Shown: positions 6,376 to 11,452 of the stretch, piece after piece
Numbering within the stretch: the first letter of the stretch is position 1
Layout of the letters: the number at the start of each line of letters is the position of its first letter
NCBI GenBank assembly: GCA_019358935.1
Contig: JAHHIK010000172.1
Location: 1-11,452 of the forward strand
Reading direction: 5' to 3'
Length of the DNA stretch: 11,452 nt
Source of the DNA: Tolypothrix carrinoi HA7290-LM1
Lineage (GTDB): Bacteria > Cyanobacteriota > Cyanobacteriia > Cyanobacteriales > Nostocaceae
Program-made: the position numbers and the translations under genes
The notes under the pieces: generated by a model
Database searches by the model: none
What the model was told of the DNA's origin: nothing
Seen by the model: only the letters and a program-made list of their open reading frames with translations

Positions 6376-6606
6376 GGGGAGAGGGAGGGGGAGAGGGGGG
6401 CTGTTCTTGAGCAGGGGGGGATGGGGGAGCAGGGAGCACAGGGAGCACAGGGAGCACAGGGAACACAGGGAGCAGGGGAGAGGAATTTTTCCCCCATGCC
6501 ACGCCAGATGCTCCACTTGGGGAAACCCCAAGACCGCACTGGCTCCCCTGCCCCCCTGTCCCCCTTGTCCCCCTTGTCCCCCTTGTCTCCTTGTCCCCTT
6601 GTCCCC
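6376..6606. repeat. Composite G-rich/C-rich repeat cassette between the PBP stop and psb35
   Basis: G-rich arm including (AGGGAGCAC)n 9-mers, spacer AGGAATTTTT, and a C-rich arm of (CCCCTTGTC)n 9-mers interrupted by a structured insert. Confidence 0.9.
6501..6547. mobile_element. ~45-nt structured dispersed repeat inserted in the cassette
   Basis: Non-repetitive sequence folding as GCCAG(6503-6507)/CTGGC(6539-6543), TGC/GCA and CTTGGGG-aaa-CCCCAAG (6516-6532). It resembles from memory the iterated sequences of Nostocales genomes. Confidence 0.6.
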
Positions 6607-6617
6607 TCATCTTCCAA

Positions 6618-9212
6618 TCAATTTCCTTCAGAAGATTGGCTGGGTCTAAGTCTATCCCGCCAAGACTGAGTTGGTGCGGAATCTGAGGATGAGGAACTAG
6701 ACGATCTGCGGTTTGACTCTGGTGCAGAGGTGCGAGCTCTTCTCGGTGATGAAGAAGAGGAATCTGATTCTACTCGTCTGTATCGGCGTCGTGGACGAGA
6801 TGATTCTGAGGAAGAATTGTTAGAAGAAGAATTTGATTCTTCGCTTCTGTAGCGACGCCGCCTTCTGGGTGAAGGTGTATCATCGTTTTGTTGCTGATAG
6901 CGTCTTCGGCTGCGTCTTGGGGTGTCGTCTTGTTGCTGCTGCTGATTTTCTTGAGAATAGCTTCTCCTGTATCTGCGTCTTCTGGATGGGCGATCGCTAT
7001 TATCAGAATTATCAGAGTTATTAGAACTTACTCGTTGACGCCGCCTTCTATAATTATTGTCAGAATCATCATCCGAGTTATCCTCATCATCTTGAATCGG
7101 ACGGTTAACAATTCGGTTCGGCTTGACGCGCAGCGCTTTGATGGTGCCTTTACGACCTTCTAACTTAGGTCGAGAGGGAAACTTTTCTACCGGCATTCCT
7201 TTTACAGCTACTTCCATAAATTCATGCCAAGTAGAAGCAGCACTACCACTGCTACCCCAAGTAGGTTTGTTATCGTCGTTACCTAGCCAAACTCCTGTGA
7301 CTACTTGGGGAATATAACCAATAAACCACAAATCGCGGGCTTCATCGGAAGTACCTGTTTTCCCAGCTACAGGTCGATCTAATTGGGCAGCGCGACCGGT
7401 ACCATCTTCTACTACACTCCGCAGCATCCAGGTCATGATAGCATTACTCTCAGGGTCGAGAGCCTGCACCGGCTGGTAACTAGCTTTCCATATTTCCTTG
7501 CCTTGGCGGTTGAGGATGCGGGTAATCCCGTGAGCTTCTGTGTGTAAGCCTTGATTTGCAAAGGTGCCGTAAGCGCTGGTTAACTCTAACAAATTCACTT
7601 CATTAGAACCAAGAGCCAAAGAATAAGTCGGTTTCAGTGGAGATTTAATCCCCATATCATGAGCTAGTTTGATTGTTGGCTCAAATCCGACATCGATCAA
7701 CACCTTCACCGCAATAATATTAATTGAGTTGGTGAGAGCATCTCTCAAGTTCATCCAACCGCGAAAGCTTTCGCTGTAGTTTTTCGGCTCGTAGCCATCG
7801 ACTACAAAAGGTGAATCCTCGTAGCCATCATAAGGATTTTTCCCTGTAGCGATCGCCGTCGCATAAACGAATCCCTTAAATGTTGAACCGGGTTGACGCT
7901 GTGCCTGGGTAACGCGGTTAAATTGGTACTTGCCAAAATCTTTTCCGCCAACCATTGCCTTAACTTCACCGGTACGGGGGTCAATGGCAACCATTGCCGC
8001 TTGCTTAAAGTTCTCCCAGCGTCCTTCATTTCGCAATATTTTCGCAACTGCTTCTTCTGCGGCTTTTTGCCAAGTTGGGTTAATAGTAGTTTCTACCACT
8101 AAACCGCCACCCGCCAGCACATCCGGGGAAACATACTTCGGCAATTCTTTCTGAATGTAGGTGGTAAAATAGGGTGCTTCTACTTGCAATCGCTTCGGCA
8201 AACTGCTTTTCAGATTTATTGGTTCAGTACTCGCTGCTTGCCTTTCGGCGGCGGTAATAAAACCATCGTCTTGCATCCGTTGCAATACCAGATTTCGCCG
8301 TTGTTTCGCGGCTTCGGGATTGCGATCTGGGGAGTATACGCTTGGTGCTGGAGCTAATCCGGCAATTGTCGCCATTTCTGGCAGTGTCAGTTGATCTACT
8401 GTCTTGCTGTAGTATACCCAAGCAGCATCGCCAACTCCGTAAGCTCCCGAACCCAAATAAACCAGGTTCAAATAACGTTCGAGAATTTGGTCTTTGGATA
8501 ATTCTCGCTCCATTTTTTGTGCGAGTCGGACTTCTTTGAGCTTACGCAAAACTGTCTTTTCTTGTTTGAGAAAGAGAATTCGCGCTAGCTGTTGGGTGAT
8601 GGTGCTACCACCTTCTACCACGTCTTGCGATCGCAAGTTATTCAAAACCGCTCTGACAATTCCCCGAGCATCTACTCCATGATGTTGCCTAAACCTTCTA
8701 TCCTCTGAGGCAATGAAAGCTTTTTTCAGATTATCAGGGATTTGATTTAATTGTAGCTGTTCTCTGGTCGCTTCTCCTTGCTGTTGCAAAATAGTACCAT
8801 CACTAGCTTTGATGGTCAGTGTTTGCTCGCGGACAACGACGTTCAGTTCAGATTTATCCGGCAAAGTGCGATCTATTGACCACACAGTATGAGTGATACC
8901 TACGATTCCACCACTCACACCCAAGCCTAACCAAAACAATGGACGACGATAAAGCGGTTTATTGCTACCGGGAAGTTTAGCAATGATTCCAGATGATACA
9001 CTTTTCACCTGGCTCAGTAACTGCTTTACCTTTGCCAACTTGCTTGGGGAAGTTTCATTTGCAGACTCCTCGCTGGGGTTTTGATTACCTTCAGGTATCA
9101 AATCGTGAGAGGATTCTTCGGTATTATTGCCGTGAGGCAATCCCGGTTTCTCTGTGTTTGTGTTACTCAATTTAGTTGATCGTTCCTTGAACCAGGATGT
9201 AAACTTCGCCAC
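6618..9212 (-). CDS. Class A penicillin-binding protein (PBP1A family, transglycosylase/transpeptidase)
   Basis: GTG start, ~90-aa N-terminal extension and a TM helix. GT51 motifs EDRRFRQHHG, GGSTITQQLAR, RKLKE and ILERYLN; transpeptidase motifs STFK, SIN and KTGT; ~160-aa low-complexity C-terminal tail. Confidence 0.96.
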   Translation of the reverse strand: MAKFTSWFKERSTKLSNTNTEKPGLPHGNNTEESSHDLIPEGNQNPSEESANETSPSKLAKVKQLLSQVKSVSSGIIAKLPGSNKPLYRRPLFWLGLGVSGGIVGITHTVWSIDRTLPDKSELNVVVREQTLTIKASDGTILQQQGEATREQLQLNQIPDNLKKAFIASEDRRFRQHHGVDARGIVRAVLNNLRSQDVVEGGSTITQQLARILFLKQEKTVLRKLKEVRLAQKMERELSKDQILERYLNLVYLGSGAYGVGDAAWVYYSKTVDQLTLPEMATIAGLAPAPSVYSPDRNPEAAKQRRNLVLQRMQDDGFITAAERQAASTEPINLKSSLPKRLQVEAPYFTTYIQKELPKYVSPDVLAGGGLVVETTINPTWQKAAEEAVAKILRNEGRWENFKQAAMVAIDPRTGEVKAMVGGKDFGKYQFNRVTQAQRQPGSTFKGFVYATAIATGKNPYDGYEDSPFVVDGYEPKNYSESFRGWMNLRDALTNSINIIAVKVLIDVGFEPTIKLAHDMGIKSPLKPTYSLALGSNEVNLLELTSAYGTFANQGLHTEAHGITRILNRQGKEIWKASYQPVQALDPESNAIMTWMLRSVVEDGTGRAAQLDRPVAGKTGTSDEARDLWFIGYIPQVVTGVWLGNDDNKPTWGSSGSAASTWHEFMEVAVKGMPVEKFPSRPKLEGRKGTIKALRVKPNRIVNRPIQDDEDNSDDDSDNNYRRRRQRVSSNNSDNSDNSDRPSRRRRYRRSYSQENQQQQQDDTPRRSRRRYQQQNDDTPSPRRRRRYRSEESNSSSNNSSSESSRPRRRYRRVESDSSSSSPRRARTSAPESNRRSSSSSSSDSAPTQSWRDRLRPSQSSEGN

Positions 9213-9410
9213 GTCATTTCCTCGCCCAAAGTAGTTACAAATTAACCACGATGAAAAAAATGGGATTAGCGCACCTCGTTTGTGTTAGTATAATATCTCA
9301 TAAATAATTAACTGAATTCATAACGAAAGAATGTTTTTTGATAATTGGTGTATTGCGCTGGTTAACTGTATACACTAATTAACAGTATTGTTCGCGCCTC
9401 AATAAGATTG

Positions 9411-9896
9411 ATGAACACAAGTGCGATCGCTCTCGGTAGCAATCTGGGCGATAGAAGTTCAATTTTAACAGCCGCTGTCGAAACTTTAGCGCAAACACCA
9501 GGTATTATCCTCGAAGTTACATCAAGTTGGTATCAAACCAAAGCTGTAGGACCACCACAACCAGATTACTTGAATGGCGCGGCGATTCTGCAAGTAGAAA
9601 TGACACCGCAAGCGTTGTTAGCAACTTTGTTAGCGATTGAAAGCAAATTTGGGCGTATTCGTACTCAACGCTGGGGAGCGCGATCGCTTGATTTAGATTT
9701 GTTATTATATGATGACTTAATTTTGGATACACCAGAGCTGCAAATTCCCCATCCGAGAATGTGCGATCGAGCTTTCGTACTAGTACCCCTAGCTGAAATC
9801 GCCCCAAATTTAATTGAACCAGTTTCTCAACGTGAAATAAAAGAACTGGTTAAACAGGTAGACAGTTCTGATGTACATTTATGGATGGGCAATTAA
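9411..9896 (+). CDS. folK: 2-amino-4-hydroxy-6-hydroxymethyldihydropteridine diphosphokinase (HPPK)
   Basis: IALGSNLG, QPDYLNG, RWGARSLDLDLL and LQIPHPRMCDRAFVLVPLAEI. ATG 9411 preferred over TTG 9408. Confidence 0.96.
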   Translation: MNTSAIALGSNLGDRSSILTAAVETLAQTPGIILEVTSSWYQTKAVGPPQPDYLNGAAILQVEMTPQALLATLLAIESKFGRIRTQRWGARSLDLDLLLYDDLILDTPELQIPHPRMCDRAFVLVPLAEIAPNLIEPVSQREIKELVKQVDSSDVHLWMGN

Positions 9897-9983
9897 AATT
9901 ACCACCGATAAACGCAGAAAAAGCCTGATTTGACAATTCATCTCCAGAATTATCTGTGTATTATTAGAGAATATAACTTTACT

Positions 9984-10532
9984 ATGCCATTAGGTAGAGA
10001 ATTACCACAGCTGCTGAAACAACGCTTGTTGTTCAAAGGACGCAAGTTCAATTTTGAAGTCAATCGCTTGCGTTTACCCAACAACGCGGAAGGAGAATGG
10101 GAGTGTATTCGTCACCCTGGTGGCGCTTTAGCCGTACCCGTAACCCCAGAGGGTAAACTTATACTCGTGCGTCAGTATCGTTTTGCAATTCAAGGACGCA
10201 TATTAGAATTTCCAGCGGGTACAGTCGAACCAGGTGAAGAACCTCAAGAGACGATTCGGCGAGAAATTGAGGAAGAAACTGGCTATCGTGCTAATAAATG
10301 GGAAAAACTAGGAGAATTTTTTATCGCTCCCGGTTATTCTGATGAAATTATTTATGCTTTTCTAGCGCAAGATTTAGAAAAGCTGGATACACCCCCAGCA
10401 CAAGAAGAAGACGAAGATATCGAAACAGTCTTTTTCACCCCCGAAGAACTAGAAGAAGCTATTCTCGATGGTCAAGCTATAGATGCTAAATCGATTTCTA
10501 GCTTTATGCTGGCACGTCCATTTTTAGTTTAG
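9984..10532 (+). CDS. NUDIX hydrolase, ADP-ribose pyrophosphatase (NudF)-like
   Basis: Nudix box GTVEPGEEPQETIRREIEEETGY, plus RHPGG, RQYRF, LEFPAG, downstream APGYSDE, EDEDI and DAKS. ATG 9984 preferred over TTG 9930. Confidence 0.9.
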   Translation: MPLGRELPQLLKQRLLFKGRKFNFEVNRLRLPNNAEGEWECIRHPGGALAVPVTPEGKLILVRQYRFAIQGRILEFPAGTVEPGEEPQETIRREIEEETGYRANKWEKLGEFFIAPGYSDEIIYAFLAQDLEKLDTPPAQEEDEDIETVFFTPEELEEAILDGQAIDAKSISSFMLARPFLV

Positions 10533-10648
10533 GTAATGGGGAATGGGTAATGGGGAATGGGGAATGGGTAATGGGGAATGGGGACGATGCCCCATGCCCG
10601 ATGCCCGATGCCCGATGCCCGATGCCCCATGCCCGATGCCCCATACCC
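10532..10648. repeat. Two opposed heptamer arrays: 7x GG(G/T)AATG, then 9x (G/C)ATGCCC (last copy CATACCC)
   Basis: Counted directly: left arm 10532-10580, right arm 10586-10648. Confidence 0.92.
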
Positions 10649-10667
10649 CACTATCCACTAACAAATT

Positions 10668-11336
10668 ATGTTACTAGAGTTAGCGATTGGGGATGCTTAC
10701 GGTGCAGGCTTTGAGTATGCTGATGAAATGATAGCTCTCAACGATTTGAGTCGATATGTAAAACATCCCCGTCATCGACTCATACCAGGTAATTATACTG
10801 ACGACACACAGATGAGCATAGCGATCGCACAAGTGATAGTTGCTCAACAAGCTTGGACACCAGAGAATTTAGCTAATAGCTTCGTCACGGCTTTTAAACG
10901 CGACCCCAGAGAAGGTTACTCTCGCAGCTTTTACCATTTTTTAGTACAAATTCAGGATGGGGAAGAGTTTTTAACAAAAATTCGCCCCGATAGTGATAAA
11001 AGCGGTGCAGCTATGCGTGCTGCACCAATTGGCATCTATCCTACGGTAGAAAAAGTCATTGAAGCCGCAACAATTCAAGCGGCAATTACCCACAGTACAC
11101 CAGATGGAATTAATGCAGCGATCGCAGCTGCTTTGATGTCACATTACTTTATTTATCGCCTGGGAGCAAAACGTAAATTAGGACAATTTTTAGAAGGTTA
11201 TGTCTCTGGTGAATGGTCGAAGCCGTGGCAAGGTAAAGTTAAATCAAAGGGCTGGATGAGTGTTAGAGCCGCAATTACAGCTGTGATGAGAAATGACAGC
11301 ATGAGCGAACTTTTGCTTGATTGTATCGCCATTTAA
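10668..11336 (+). pseudogene. ADP-ribosylglycohydrolase (DraG/ARH family), apparently 3'-truncated
   Basis: AIGDAYG, YTDDTQM, SGAAMRAAP and AITH motifs are present. The ORF stops at ...LLLDCIAI, just where the family's GDxDT metal-binding motif should follow, and no GDxDT appears in other frames just downstream. Confidence 0.75.
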
Positions 11337-11452
11337 CTAAGTCCTAAAGTAGTGGGATAAATCGGAATATTTCGATATAAATCAGAATCCATAACTGTAT
11401 CCGTCCTGTGAATGCATTTTTGTAAACTTATCCAAAGTCCCGCCTATCCGCT
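11331..11452. mobile_element. Unidentified foreign sequence, probably the end of a mobile element, abutting the truncated hydrolase
   Basis: Coding similarity is lost abruptly. The segment has direct repeats ATAAATC(G/A)GAAT at 11357-11368 and 11377-11388, and a near-palindrome ATCGGAATATTTCGAT at 11361-11376. Confidence 0.45.

Larger units (their letters stand above)
1185..11125. repeat. HIP1 octamers (GCGATCGC), at least 14 dispersed copies
   Basis: Starts at 1185, 2031, 2968, 4006, 4906, 5023, 5784, 6990, 7849, 8627, 9423, 9680, 10821 and 11118, far above chance for an 8-mer in 11.5 kb. This is a cyanobacterial hallmark. Confidence 0.93.

Noticed and set aside
6130..6669. ORFs across the intergenic cassette (6130-6669 +, 6290-6610 -, 6330-6617 -, 6407-6649 +)
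   Set aside because: Frames stay open because the repeats lack stops. The products are low-complexity and most overlap psb35 or the PBP end.
6833..9175. Short ORFs antisense or out of frame within the PBP gene
   Set aside because: No recognisable motifs, and fully overlapped by a strongly supported CDS.
1150..9807. Antisense ORFs 1150-1401, 3302-3517, 4969-5163 and 9517-9807
   Set aside because: They lie opposite well-supported genes and have no protein-family features.
9930..9983. N-terminal extension of the NUDIX ORF from TTG 9930
   Set aside because: The extension is AT-rich and not family-like. ATG 9984 gives a typical length of 182 aa.
10532..10648. Tandem arrays as a possible CRISPR array
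   Set aside because: Units are 7-9 nt with no unique spacers, and there are no cas genes. The same applies to the other arrays.
11331..11358. Chromosomal dif site or IS701-type terminus at the hydrolase junction
   Set aside because: Only ATTTAAC matches the XerD arm. TTAACTAAGTCC recalls IS701-type ends, but its orientation would put the element inside the gene. Neither can be supported without a search.
1..11452. Whole window as a composite transposon bounded by one IS
   Set aside because: The two terminal sequences share no convincing inverted or direct repeat (only a 6-nt CTAAGT), and the cargo is housekeeping.

Overview
Chromosomal segment of a filamentous, probably heterocyst-forming cyanobacterium (Nostocales-like), judged from at least 14 HIP1 octamers (GCGATCGC), heptamer tandem arrays and a Psb35-like gene. 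Gene order: VapC-type PIN toxin, Phd-type antitoxin, Tab2/Atab2-family protein and OmpR-family regulator (all minus); GAF histidine kinase, rsmB and TerB-like protein (plus); psb35 and a class A PBP (minus); folK, ADP-ribose-pyrophosphatase-like NUDIX and an ADP-ribosylglycohydrolase (plus). The gene content is mostly housekeeping, and I do not see a clearly new multi-gene system. The unusual content is small-scale mobile and repeat DNA. (1) rsmB carries two in-frame insertions: a nested set of 21-nt mini-elements in a HIP1 site, and a ~174-nt G-rich/C-rich cassette with an inverted relative 2 kb away. (2) Both terminal genes seem cut at their 3' ends by ~121 nt of foreign DNA. The left piece looks like an IS630-type end; the right piece is unidentified and removes the hydrolase's catalytic GDxDT motif. 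All family calls come from recognising motifs by eye; no searches were run.
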